From NCBI GenBank assembly GCA_964016885.1, contig OZ024742.1:354330001-354394000 (forward strand): a stretch of 64,000 nucleotides of DNA. Direction: 5' to 3'. Source of the stretch: Eledone cirrhosa (lineage: Eukaryota). The position numbers and the translations under genes are program-made. The notes under the pieces are model-generated. The model worked only from the letters and a program-made list of their open reading frames with translations. It was not told the DNA's origin and searched no databases. This document shows, piece by piece, positions 44,201 to 57,801 of this stretch. Each line of letters begins with the position of its first letter. The first letter of the stretch is position 1.

Positions 44201-44845
44201 ATTCTTTAATAACACCTAACTCTTATTCATCATATCTATATGAATTAATATAAATTTATCCCTATAAATATACCTATGAATTAAATTAATTTAATTTGTG
44301 TTTATAGATCTATATTCCTTATGTTTTAAATAAGATTGATATTTTTCACTAACACATTTATAGTAACATTTTATTCTCCTTAGATTTTAACATTAGCATC
44401 ATTCTTTAATAACATCAAATTATCGTGTACCTTTCGCCAGCTTGACCTATTTTCATCCCCAAAGTAATCATTTCATTCAAGATACTCTTTCCATTGAAAA
44501 CTGAAATCTGCTTTCCTCTACCCCTAAATTAAATTTCTACTACTACTATTCTATCAACTTCACCACTTACTACTTTTCTATTGGTCAATTCAAAACCTGT
44601 TCCCAAACAGACCTCTTATATTAAATCTTTGTTGTTTTTTTTCAATAAACAAATATCATTATTTCTGAAGACAGCATATATATGTGTACGTATGTATCTT
44701 CCCTGTGATAGTTTGTAAACCTTTACATATATCTATATGATATACATACCAACACACACATATATATCCTAGAAACGATCGTAAAATGATGAATTTTTAA
44801 TATAAGGAACTGTTTCTTTGTTTTTATTCATTATTTTATTAATTA
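41215..44845 (-). mobile_element. Penelope-like element (RT + GIY-YIG) with ~800-bp inverted 3' duplication
   Basis: Minus strand FLRFDIDAYYPSI, TMGSSNSAQITDL, YRDD, NFLDINL, SNHP, CNCRNKANCPLKGNC, YIGATS; ~41300-42110 is inverted at ~43812-44620; frameshifts and stops. Confidence 0.9.
44656..44792 (+). ncRNA. hammerhead ribozyme with ~100-nt stem II
   Basis: UCAUUAUUU-CUGAAGA-...AUAUAUAUGUGU...ACACAUAUAUAU..-GAAA-CGAUCG-UA/AAAUGAUGA; 9-bp stem I, palindromic stem III. Confidence 0.75.
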
Positions 44846-44865
44846 ATTTATATATATATATATAT

Positions 44866-47800
44866 ATATTAGAAAGATCGAGTATCGAAAAATCGGCGCA
44901 CGAGTTCACGATAAACGGAATTCGATATGAGCGGCAGAGGGCTCAATAATTCAGATGAATCAGAGCTATAACTATCGTTAAAATACCGTCACATATAGAA
45001 CAAGTCTACAATCAACCATACGATTTAAAATCGATAAAGGAAGATTCGGGCCAAACAGATAAAAAATATCAATAAAACAATACGTCAATAATTTAAATGA
45101 ATGTAAAATCATACCCGGACCCACTAGAAAGGTGTTAAATCTAGCTTCATGGGTTTCTGTAAATCCTTAGACTGTACTCTATCAGCTCACATATAAATAT
45201 AAAAGCCTACTAGAATAAGTGGAACGGAGTTTACGTTGTCAACGAGTTTTATCCTGGCGGCAAAGGAGTCAACTAGCGGTGAAAAACGCACATGGCATTA
45301 GACAAGGGAGATGACCCCTATATCCGCGAAAACAATTCGAGTGAATGTGGAAATACACATATCGAATTAGAGTGCTCAATAGACATGTTAAAATAAAACA
45401 AAAGCTATTCATCACTCAATAGAATCGACAAAAAATGAGCAATAAAATTAACTGGTGGATAGCTATGTCCAGAGCTAAATATATTAGAAAGATCGAGTAT
45501 CGAAAAATCGGCGCACGAGTTCACGATAAACGGAATTCGATATGAGCGGCAGAGGGCTCAATAATTCAGATGAATCAGAGCTATAACTATCGTTAAAATA
45601 CCGTCACATATAGAACAAGTCTACAATCAACCATACGATTTAAAATCGATAAAGGAAGATTCGGGCCAAACAGATAAAAAATATCAATAAAACAATACGT
45701 CAATAATTTAAATGAATGTAAAATCATACCCGGACCCACTAGAAAGGTGTTAAATCTAGCTTCATGGGTTTCTGTAAATCCTTAGACTGTACTCTATCAG
45801 CTCACATATAAATATAAAAGCCTACTAGAATAAGTGGAACGGAGTTTACGTTGTCAACGAGTTTTATCCTGGCGGCAAAGGAGTCAACTAGCGGTGAAAA
45901 ACGCACATGGCATTAGACAAGGGAGATGACCCCTATATCCGCGAAAACAATTCGAGTGAATGTGGAAATACACATATCGAATTAGAGTGCTCAATAGACA
46001 TGTTAAAATAAAACAAAAGCTATTCATCACTCAATAGAATCGACAAAAAATGAGCAATAAAATTAACTGGTGGATAGCTATGTCCAGAGCTAAATATATT
46101 AGAAAGATCGAGTATCGAAAAATCGGCGCACGAGTTCACGATAAACGGAATTCGATATGAGCGGCAGAGGGCTCAATAATTCAGATGAATCAGAGCTATA
46201 ACTATCGTTAAAATACCGTCACATATAGAACAAGTCTACAATCAACCATACGATTTAAAATCGATAAAGGAAGATTCGGGCCAAACAGATAAAAAATATC
46301 AATAAAACAATACGTCAATAATTTAAATGAATGTAAAATCATACCCGGACCCACTAGAAAGGTGTTAAATCTAGCTTCATGGGTTTCTGTAAATCCTTAG
46401 ACTGTACTCTATCAGCTCACATATAAATATAAAAGCCTACTAGAATAAGTGGAACGGAGTTTACGTTGTCAACGAGTTTTATCCTGGCGGCAAAGGAGTC
46501 AACTAGCGGTGAAAAACGCACATGGCATTAGACAAGGGAGATGACCCTTATATCCGCGAAAACAATTCGAGTGAATGTGGAAATACACATATCGAATTAG
46601 AGTGCTCAATAGACATGTTAAAATAAAACAAAAGCTATTCATCACTCAATAGAATCGACAAAAAATGAGCAATAAAATTAACTGGTGGATAGCTATGTCC
46701 AGAGCTAAATATATTAGAAAGATCGAGTATCGAAAAATCGGCGCACGAGTTCACGATAAACGGAATTCGATATGAGCGGCAGAGGGCTCAATAATTCAGA
46801 TGAATCAGAGCTATAACTATCGTTAAAATACCGTCACATATAGAACAAGTCTACAATCAACCATACGATTTAAAATCGATAAAGGAAGATTCGGGCCAAA
46901 CAGATAAAAAATATCAATAAAACAATACGTCAATAATTTAAATGAATGTAAAATCATACCCGGACCCACTAGAAAGGTGTTAAATCTAGCTTCATGGGTT
47001 TCTGTAAATCCTTAGACTGTACTCTATCAGCTCACATATAAATATAAAAGCCTACTAGAATAAGTGGAACGGAGTTTACGTTGTCAACGAGTTTTATCCT
47101 GGCGGCAAAGGAGTCAACTAGCGGTGAAAAACGCACATGGCATTAGACAAGGGAGATGACCCCTATATCCGCGAAAACAATTCGAGTGAATGTGGAAATA
47201 CACATATCGAATTAGAGTGCTCAATAGACATGTTAAAATAAAACAAAAGCTATTCATCACTCAATAGAATCGACAAAAAATGAGCAATAAAATTAACTGG
47301 TGGATAGCTATGTCCAGAGCTAAATATATTAGAAAGATCGAGTATCGAAAAATCGGCGCACGAGTTCACGATAAACGGAATTCGATATGAGCGGCAGAGG
47401 GCTCAATAATTCAGATGAATCAGAGCTATAACTATCGTTAAAATACCGTCACATATAGAACAAGTCTACAATCAACCATACGATTTAAAATCGATAAAGG
47501 AAGATTCGGGCCAAACAGATAAAAAATATCAATAAAACAATACGTCAATAATTTAAATGAATGTAAAATCATACCCGGACCCACTAGAAAGGTGTTAAAT
47601 CTAGCTTCATGGGTTTCTGTAAATCCTTAGACTGTACTCTATCAGCTCACATATAAATATAAAAGCCTACTAGAATAAGTGGAACGGAGTTTACGTTGTC
47701 AACGAGTTTTATCCTGGCGGCAAAGGAGTCAACTAGCGGTGAAAAACGCACATGGCATTAGACAAGGGAGATGACCCCTATATCCGCGAAAACAATTCGA

Positions 47801-50800
47801 GTGAATGTGGAAATACACATATCGAATTAGAGTGCTCAATAGACATGTTAAAATAAAACAAAAGCTATTCATCACTCAATAGAATCGACAAAAAATGAGC
47901 AATAAAATTAACTGGTGGATAGCTATGTCCAGAGCTAAATATATTAGAAAGATCGAGTATCGAAAAATCGGCGCACGAGTTCACGATAAACGGAATTCGA
48001 TATGAGCGGCAGAGGGCTCAATAATTCAGATGAATCAGAGCTATAACTATCGTTAAAATACCGTCACATATAGAACAAGTCTACAATCAACCATACGATT
48101 TAAAATCGATAAAGGAAGATTCGGGCCAAACAGATAAAAAATATCAATAAAACAATACGTCAATAATTTAAATGAATGTAAAATCATACCCGGACCCACT
48201 AGAAAGGTGTTAAATCTAGCTTCATGGGTTTCTGTAAATCCTTAGACTGTACTCTATCAGCTCACATATAAATATAAAAGCCTACTAGAATAAGTGGAAC
48301 GGAGTTTACGTTGTCAACGAGTTTTATCCTGGCGGCAAAGGAGTCAACTAGCGGTGAAAAACGCACATGGCATTAGACAAGGGAGATGACCCCTATATCC
48401 GCGAAAACAATTCGAGTGAATGTGGAAATACACATATCGAATTAGAGTGCTCAATAGACATGTTAAAATAAAACAAAAGCTATTCATCACTCAATAGAAT
48501 CGACAAAAAATGAGCAATAAAATTAACTGGTGGATAGCTATGTCCAGAGCTAAATATATTAGAAAGATCGAGTATCGAAAAATCGGCGCACGAGTTCACG
48601 ATAAACGGAATTCGATATGAGCGGCAGAGGGCTCAATAATTCAGATGAATCAGAGCTATAACTATCGTTAAAATACCGTCACATATAGAACAAGTCTACA
48701 ATCAACCATACGATTTAAAATCGATAAAGGAAGATTCGGGCCAAACAGATAAAAAATATCAATAAAACAATACGTCAATAATTTAAATGAATGTAAAATC
48801 ATACCCGGACCCACTAGAAAGGTGTTAAATCTAGCTTCATGGGTTTCTGTAAATCCTTAGACTGTACTCTATCAGCTCACATATAAATATAAAAGCCTAC
48901 TAGAATAAGTGGAACGGAGTTTACGTTGTCAACGAGTTTTATCCTGGCGGCAAAGGAGTCAACTAGCGGTGAAAAACGCACATGGCATTAGACAAGGGAG
49001 ATGACCCCTATATCCGCGAAAACAATTCGAGTGAATGTGGAAATACACATATCGAATTAGAGTGCTCAATAGACATGTTAAAATAAAACAAAAGCTATTC
49101 ATCACTCAATAGAATCGACAAAAAATGAGCAATAAAATTAACTGGTGGATAGCTATGTCCAGAGCTAAATATATTAGAAAGATCGAGTATCGAAAAATCG
49201 GCGCACGAGTTCACGATAAACGGAATTCGATATGAGCGGCAGAGGGCTCAATAATTCAGATGAATCAGAGCTATAACTATCGTTAAAATACCGTCACATA
49301 TAGAACAAGTCTACAATCAACCATACGATTTAAAATCGATAAAGGAAGATTCGGGCCAAACAGATAAAAAATATCAATAAAACAATACGTCAATAATTTA
49401 AATGAATGTAAAATCATACCCGGACCCACTAGAAAGGTGTTAAATCTAGCTTCATGGGTTTCTGTAAATCCTTAGACTGTACTCTATCAGCTCACATATA
49501 AATATAAAAGCCTACTAGAATAAGTGGAACGGAGTTTACGTTGTCAACGAGTTTTATCCTGGCGGCAAAGGAGTCAACTAGCGGTGAAAAACGCACATGG
49601 CATTAGACAAGGGAGATGACCCCTATATCCGCGAAAACAATTCGAGTGAATGTGGAAATACACATATCGAATTAGAGTGCTCAATAGACATGTTAAAATA
49701 AAACAAAAGCTATTCATCACTCAATAGAATCGACAAAAAATGAGCAATAAAATTAACTGGTGGATAGCTATGTCCAGAGCTAAATATATTAGAAAGATCG
49801 AGTATCGAAAAATCGGCGCACGAGTTCACGATAAACGGAATTCGATATGAGCGGCAGAGGGCTCAATAATTCAGATGAATCAGAGCTATAACTATCGTTA
49901 AAATACCGTCACATATAGAACAAGTCTACAATCAACCATACGATTTAAAATCGATAAAGGAAGATTCGGGCCAAACAGATAAAAAATATCAATAAAACAA
50001 TACGTCAATAATTTAAATGAATGTAAAATCATACCCGGACCCACTAGAAAGGTGTTAAATCTAGCTTCATGGGTTTCTGTAAATCCTTAGACTGTACTCT
50101 ATCAGCTCACATATAAATATAAAAGCCTACTAGAATAAGTGGAACGGAGTTTACGTTGTCAACGAGTTTTATCCTGGCGGCAAAGGAGTCAACTAGCGGT
50201 GAAAAACGCACATGGCATTAGACAAGGGAGATGACCCCTATATCCGCGAAAACAATTCGAGTGAATGTGGAAATACACATATCGAATTAGAGTGCTCAAT
50301 AGACATGTTAAAATAAAACAAAAGCTATTCATCACTCAATAGAATCGACAAAAAATGAGCAATAAAATTAACTGGTGGATAGCTATGTCCAGAGCTAAAT
50401 ATATTAGAAAGATCGAGTATCGAAAAATCGGCGCACGAGTTCACGATAAACGGAATTCGATATGAGCGGCAGAGGGCTCAATAATTCAGATGAATCAGAG
50501 CTATAACTATCGTTAAAATACCGTCACATATAGAACAAGTCTACAATCAACCATACGATTTAAAATCGATAAAGGAAGATTCGGGCCAAACAGATAAAAA
50601 ATATCAATAAAACAATACGTCAATAATTTAAATGAATGTAAAATCATACCCGGACCCACTAGAAAGGTGTTAAATCTAGCTTCATGGGTTTCTGTAAATC
50701 CTTAGACTGTACTCTATCAGCTCACATATAAATATAAAAGCCTACTAGAATAAGTGGAACGGAGTTTACGTTGTCAACGAGTTTTATCCTGGCGGCAAAG

Positions 50801-52645
50801 GAGTCAACTAGCGGTGAAAAACGCACATGGCATTAGACAAGGGAGATGACCCCTATATCCGCGAAAACAATTCGAGTGAATGTGGAAATACACATATCGA
50901 ATTAGAGTGCTCAATAGACATGTTAAAATAAAACAAAAGCTATTCATCACTCAATAGAATCGACAAAAAATGAGCAATAAAATTAACTGGTGGATAGCTA
51001 TGTCCAGAGCTAAATATATTAGAAAGATCGAGTATCGAAAAATCGGCGCACGAGTTCACGATAAACGGAATTCGATATGAGCGGCAGAGGGCTCAATAAT
51101 TCAGATGAATCAGAGCTATAACTATCGTTAAAATACCGTCACATATAGAACAAGTCTACAATCAACCATACGATTTAAAATCGATAAAGGAAGATTCGGG
51201 CCAAACAGATAAAAAATATCAATAAAACAATACGTCAATAATTTAAATGAATGTAAAATCATACCCGGACCCACTAGAAAGGTGTTAAATCTAGCTTCAT
51301 GGGTTTCTGTAAATCCTTAGACTGTACTCTATCAGCTCACATATAAATATAAAAGCCTACTAGAATAAGTGGAACGGAGTTTACGTTGTCAACGAGTTTT
51401 ATCCTGGCGGCAAAGGAGTCAACTAGCGGTGAAAAACGCACATGGCATTAGACAAGGGAGATGACCCCTATATCCGCGAAAACAATTCGAGTGAATGTGG
51501 AAATACACATATCGAATTAGAGTGCTCAATAGACATGTTAAAATAAAACAAAAGCTATTCATCACTCAATAGAATCGACAAAAAATGAGCAATAAAATTA
51601 ACTGGTGGATAGCTATGTCCAGAGCTAAATATATTAGAAAGATCGAGTATCGAAAAATCGGCGCACGAGTTCACGATAAACGGAATTCGATATGAGCGGC
51701 AGAGGGCTCAATAATTCAGATGAATCAGAGCTATAACTATCGTTAAAATACCGTCACATATAGAACAAGTCTACAATCAACCATACGATTTAAAATCGAT
51801 AAAGGAAGATTCGGGCCAAACAGATAAAAAATATCAATAAAACAATACGTCAATAATTTAAATGAATGTAAAATCATACCCGGACCCACTAGAAAGGTGT
51901 TAAATCTAGCTTCATGGGTTTCTGTAAATCCTTAGACTGTACTCTATCAGCTCACATATAAATATAAAAGCCTACTAGAATAAGTGGAACGGAGTTTACG
52001 TTGTCAACGAGTTTTATCCTGGCGGCAAAGGAGTCAACTAGCGGTGAAAAACGCACATGGCATTAGACAAGGGAGATGACCCCTATATCCGCGAAAACAA
52101 TTCGAGTGAATGTGGAAATACACATATCGAATTAGAGTGCTCAATAGACATGTTAAAATAAAACAAAAGCTATTCATCACTCAATAGAATCGACAAAAAA
52201 TGAGCAATAAAATTAACTGGTGGATAGCTATGTCCAGAGCTAAATATATTAGAAAGATCGAGTATCGAAAAATCGGCGCACGAGTTCACGATAAACGGAA
52301 TTCGATATGAGCGGCAGAGGGCTCAATAATTCAGATGAATCAGAGCTATAACTATCGTTAAAATACCGTCACATATAGAACAAGTCTACAATCAACCATA
52401 CGATTTAAAATCGATAAAGGAAGATTCGGGCCAAACAGATAAAAAATATCAATAAAACAATACGTCAATAATTTAAATGAATGTAAAATCATACCCGGAC
52501 CCACTAGAAAGGTGTTAAATCTAGCTTCATGGGTTTCTGTAAATCCTTAGACTGTACTCTATCAGCTCACATATAAATATAAAAGCCTACTAGAATAAGT
52601 GGAACGGAGTTTACGTTGTCAACGAGTTTTATCCTGGCGGCAAAG
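44866..52645. repeat. 615-bp tandem array x12.6 within (TA)n
   Basis: AGAAAGATCG at 44871, 45486, 46101 ... 52251; only one substitution noticed (~46548); no ORF in the track. Confidence 0.95.
45109..45196 (-). ncRNA. candidate atypical hammerhead, one per 615-bp unit (13 copies)
   Basis: CUGAUAGA-GUA C AGUC UAAG GAUU UAC-A-GAAA-CCCA..CUAGA..UCUAG UGGG-UC; stem I is weak next to the core. Confidence 0.45.
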
Positions 52646-52664
52646 ATATATATATATATATATA

Positions 52665-53270
52665 TAAGAAAATGAGATTTATTTTATATAAAAAACCCAA
52701 AAGAGAAAGATGAGATCTCCCACATGGGCGAAAGTATAAGGAAAATAAATTGGAAATGCAACTGGAGTCTTTTAAGTCTATTTATTTATTTACTGTACCG
52801 GTTCGCAGTTATTATACTTTTCAAATGAAAATTGAGATGGAGGGCTTGTGTTTCGGTTGTGAGCTGCCTAGCATCTGGTTCTTCTTCCTAAGTTCATACT
52901 GTATTTGCCTTAAAAAATGTGGCTCAAATTATTGCTTATTTAAAAGTGTAATTTGGTTGGTTGATGAATGTCACGTGAATAAGTGCATCCGTGTCAGTTC
53001 GTGTTCGAAGGTCCTTTATTGCATTTGTCATTTTAATTAGTGGTCTTGTCACATGATGGCCATATAATATAGGTGCCCGAAAAGAATGGTTTGTCATAGA
53101 ATGTTTTGTGACATACAATAGACAAGCGTCAAGATATGGGAGCGAGAGAAATAGTTCTGTGTCAGTGAGTATGGCTGATGTCGTGCTGAATTGTCAACAT
53201 TCAGACTTTCTATTGAAACAAATTGAATGTTTGTGTCGATAGTGGTGGCGTCGGCGATGGTGGTGGCAGG
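52665..53270 (-). mobile_element. decayed PLE-related relic
   Basis: 52745-52850 resembles the 5555-5680 HHR arm; further on, the minus strand reads YDKPFFSGTYI, similar to the PLE thumb. Confidence 0.35.
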
Positions 53271-54199
53271 GTATAAATGAGAAATATATTTGTTTATTTG
53301 TGTTTGTTTGTAGCAAAGCCGTTTATCGTCTTGATAATAGAAATAAAATTGATTCCATTAGTAGAAATGGAGAAGGGTGTTATGTGTGTGTGTGGAGGGG
53401 GGGGGGTATGGTTAGCATGGTTCTATATACAGCATAACACACATTATAACAACAATGTACCTCCTTAATTGTAATGGGTTACAAGATGAAATTTGGAAAG
53501 TAAAACTGTCGAAATGATGTGATTACAACGACTAACATTGGAAATCTAGTTCGAATAAATCTACTCATAACGAAAAGGATATTCCATATATTCAGAGAAA
53601 AAATACGATGTAAAGACTGAATATACTCTGGCCACTCTAGCTATAATCGAAGACGGTAACACGAACTTAAGATATGCCTCATAAAGGATTTTCTTCTAAT
53701 TGTTGTACAATAATATAACAAATTCATATTTTAGTTATTTATTTCTAGCCAGAAAATATGTAAACGATGTGTGTTCGTAAATGTTGCCTTATCACAATAA
53801 AAAGAAGAAAAAAAAAACTCGATATTCGAATTCTCAGTTCATTATATTATTTATATATATAACAGGGAAATATTTCAACATTGCTTTTTAAATATATCAT
53901 ATATTTAAAATGTGCTGACAAACATAATGTTAACAAAAGATACTTAGATCAAATTTAGTATTATGTGTGCTGATAAACTTTTATTGATTTCTAAGAAACA
54001 CAAAAAATAGTTTATGTTCACAATTGAAAGAAGTAGTCTCGTATTTCCTGCATGTATACTTTGTGCGTAAAAGTTAATACATTTACTGAACATTTATAAG
54101 TAGATGTCACCTTTTGTTGTTTAGCTCTGTTTTGATTTCAGTCTGTTATAATTCCTGTTCTTTTTTTTTTATAAAACTAACATTAAGACGGAAAATATC

Positions 54200-54410
54200 T
54201 AGATGCCTGGCTTCCCCGGGATATGTAAGGATATTTATTCAATTCAACTTCCTATAATTCTTTTCCATGCAGTATTAATATTGTATCATTCATTCAAGCT
54301 CCAGGCAACCTCAATTTACATTCACGATTCAATGCCGAACTTGGCATTCTTCTATTTTCCATGGTTGAATCTGATCACAGTCAGTTTCTGCAAGATGTGT
54401 GAACCTCAAT
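54200..54410 (-). mobile_element. possible LINE (RTE-like) C-terminal relic
   Basis: Minus strand MENRRMPSSALNR..RLPG with stops. Confidence 0.3.
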
Positions 54411-55419
54411 AAACCGAAATAATACAGTTGTTCTAGAATGATTCATAATGGCGCAGTTGATAGAACGTAAGGCTCTGTTGTATTAGTTCTAATATACTAC
54501 AATCTGAGTTCGGCTTTAATTCTGACGGGCGCGATAACACATATACTAATCAGTGACTTAGAATTGGAAGAATGGTCAGTTCATCATTGGGTGAGCATTG
54601 AATTTGCAGAATGTTTAGATGTGTTGTGATGAGGTCTGGTTCTTTTAAATTCTACACTAATATCTGAGATTTTCAATATATCCCACATTCGTTGAATCAG
54701 TGAGTGCCAGATGATTGTTTCAAATTGAGAAAGATGTCAGAAATGTATGTTACATTCTTGACTAGCATGTCATCAGTTGAAGGGGAGTAAATGTAAAAGA
54801 AAATGTAAACTGACACATCATTTAATGTACAACACCGTTTTCATCCTCACAAAAGTATAACAGGCATAGTTATTTCTTTGGTGACATTTGATATAAATGT
54901 GTCTAACTGTTATTATCTAATTTCTTCAAATATATAAGGGATACGTGTGGAGTCATATAGACAGAGTATGTAACATATACGTCTGTAAACATACATTGCG
55001 TATTTTTATTCTTGGCCCTATGTAAACGTAAGTAACAAAGTGATCAAAATGGTGATAAAAAAGAGGGACTCAAAGAAAAGAATAAACAGTGGGAGAAGAG
55101 GAGGGAGAGAAGTGTTAAAGAGCACCATTTGTAGTTGCAACCGTATGATTTGATAGAGCTTTATACCAATGTTTACGTCCGACAGGATTTAGAATATGTA
55201 ACTGGCTTTGTTTTCAGCTATACATTTGCGTAACAATCTTAGCCAAATAATATAAATGTTTGATACACACCTTCTTCTAGCTGCGACCTCTACGATACAC
55301 TACGAGATAATTGAAGTCACACATTAGCTGAGATATTATTAATTTGTTGAACACATTAATAAATGTTGGTAGTAAAATACATCAATATAAATGTTCTCTC
55401 GTTTTCTCAGCAAATATAC

Positions 55420-55700
55420 AGGCAGAAAGAAATTATTGCAGCATTAAAACAAAACAAAAACAATAGATGCGTAAACAATACGGTCACGTTCTCCGAGAGA
55501 ACATAATGTCTGAAACCATTCTCCAAAGCACAGTTAGAACAGGGCGAAGAACACGTAAATAAAGCATATCTTGGTCCCAAAATATTAATCAATGTAGAGG
55601 TCACAAAACTTCGACCTTTGTGGGCATGTGGGAAATCGGAGGCCATTGCTGACTGCTGCCAGAAGAAACGTCTGACAAATGGCTGCAGTACTTGCAGTTG
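55420..55700 (+). mobile_element. RTE LINE C-terminal relic
   Basis: QYGHVLRENIMSETILQSTVRTGRRTRK*SISWSQNI. Confidence 0.55.
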
Positions 55701-56232
55701 GTGATGGTAAGATTAATGATTCTGCCTGCATTTATAGTAATAAATATATGAAATGTAGAAGCATATTTAAAATATACCTTATGTAGATATGGAAATAATA
55801 AATTATTATTCATTTCGGAGTAGTTCGATCATCAAATAATCACATTTATGTGATATCTACTTCAAAGGTATTTATGAAATTAAAAGGTATTTATGAAATT
55901 CAGAGTAGTCAAAAGGTAATTGTGTTAAATAACAGATAAATATATTTATCAAAACCAGAAAAAAGGGATAAGTAGAGATCGAAAGCATTGTATAACGAAA
56001 TGTCTCAAATCCGAAACAATTATTTGTAGACACCTAGAGTTTATTGATTCTAGTATTAACATTATGGGTGGGAGATTGATATAAATAGAGTGACAAAGAG
56101 AGGCGGAATGAGTGAAACCACACGCTTACATGGAGACACACACACTCACACACAGATATATATATATTTTAGTCCAGAATTAGCCGTCGAAACGGCTTGA
56201 GCTCAGCCGTTGGGATCCTGCTCGTTCCTATA

Positions 56233-56991
<759 letters not shown>

Positions 56992-56992
<1 letters not shown>

Positions 56993-57800
56993 ACTCACAC
57001 AATTATTTTTATATTTATCATTTCACTAGCTTCCACAACGTATTTATTTTTACCCTCATTTTCTCTCCCATGCTGTCTCTCTACGAAGTCATCTACTCTC
57101 TTCCTCTCTCTTACACTATTATTAGTGTTGTTGTATTTATCAGTTTGCTGTCTCTACGAAGTCATCTACTCCTATCGGTTTATTTTGCAATCAGATGCTA
57201 CAGGCCATGATGGCTACCTATTCACTCCTATAGGTTATTTTGCCATGACGGCGACCCTTTCTATATGATGGCTACCCTCTCACTCTATATATATATCTAT
57301 ATATCTATGAGGGCTATACCCTCTCTCTCCCTCGCTCTATCTATCTCTAAGCCACCTATTACCTCCCTTTCCTTCTCACCCATTCCTTCCTCACTCATCT
57401 TGAAGTTCTTGAAGAGATAAGACACACTTGACTCTGAAAGGTTAAAATGAATCACTAGAGCTGATTAACCACGTCCCAGCCATCCAACCATATAATCCTC
57501 CAGGTATCCCTCTATTTCCCAATTGCAAATGTTCCACTCACACAATTATTGCTGTATTTATCACTTCACTAGCTTCCACAACATATTTATTTTTACCTTT
57601 ATTTTCTTTTCCCATGCTGTCTCTCTACGAAGTCATCTACTCTCTTCCTCTCTCTTACACTATTATTAGTGTTGTTGTATTTATCAGTTCGCTGTCTCTA
57701 CGAAGTCATCTACTATCAGTTTATTTTGCCATGAGATGCTACAGGCCATCCCAATTGCAAATGTTCCACTCACACAATTATATCTATATTTATCATTTCA
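56992..57800 (+). repeat. local duplication upstream of the LINE
   Basis: ~56992-57208 is repeated at ~57535-57748, with a third partial copy at ~57748-57800. Confidence 0.75.
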
Positions 57801-57801
57801 C

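Noticed and set aside
44866-52645. 5S rRNA, snRNA or histone tandem gene array
   Set aside because: No recognisable RNA-gene sequence or ORF in the unit by eye; an Rfam scan would settle it.
55595-55715. Possible host exon ending in GTAAG
   Set aside because: Overlaps an RTE C-terminal relic and has stops in all plus frames.
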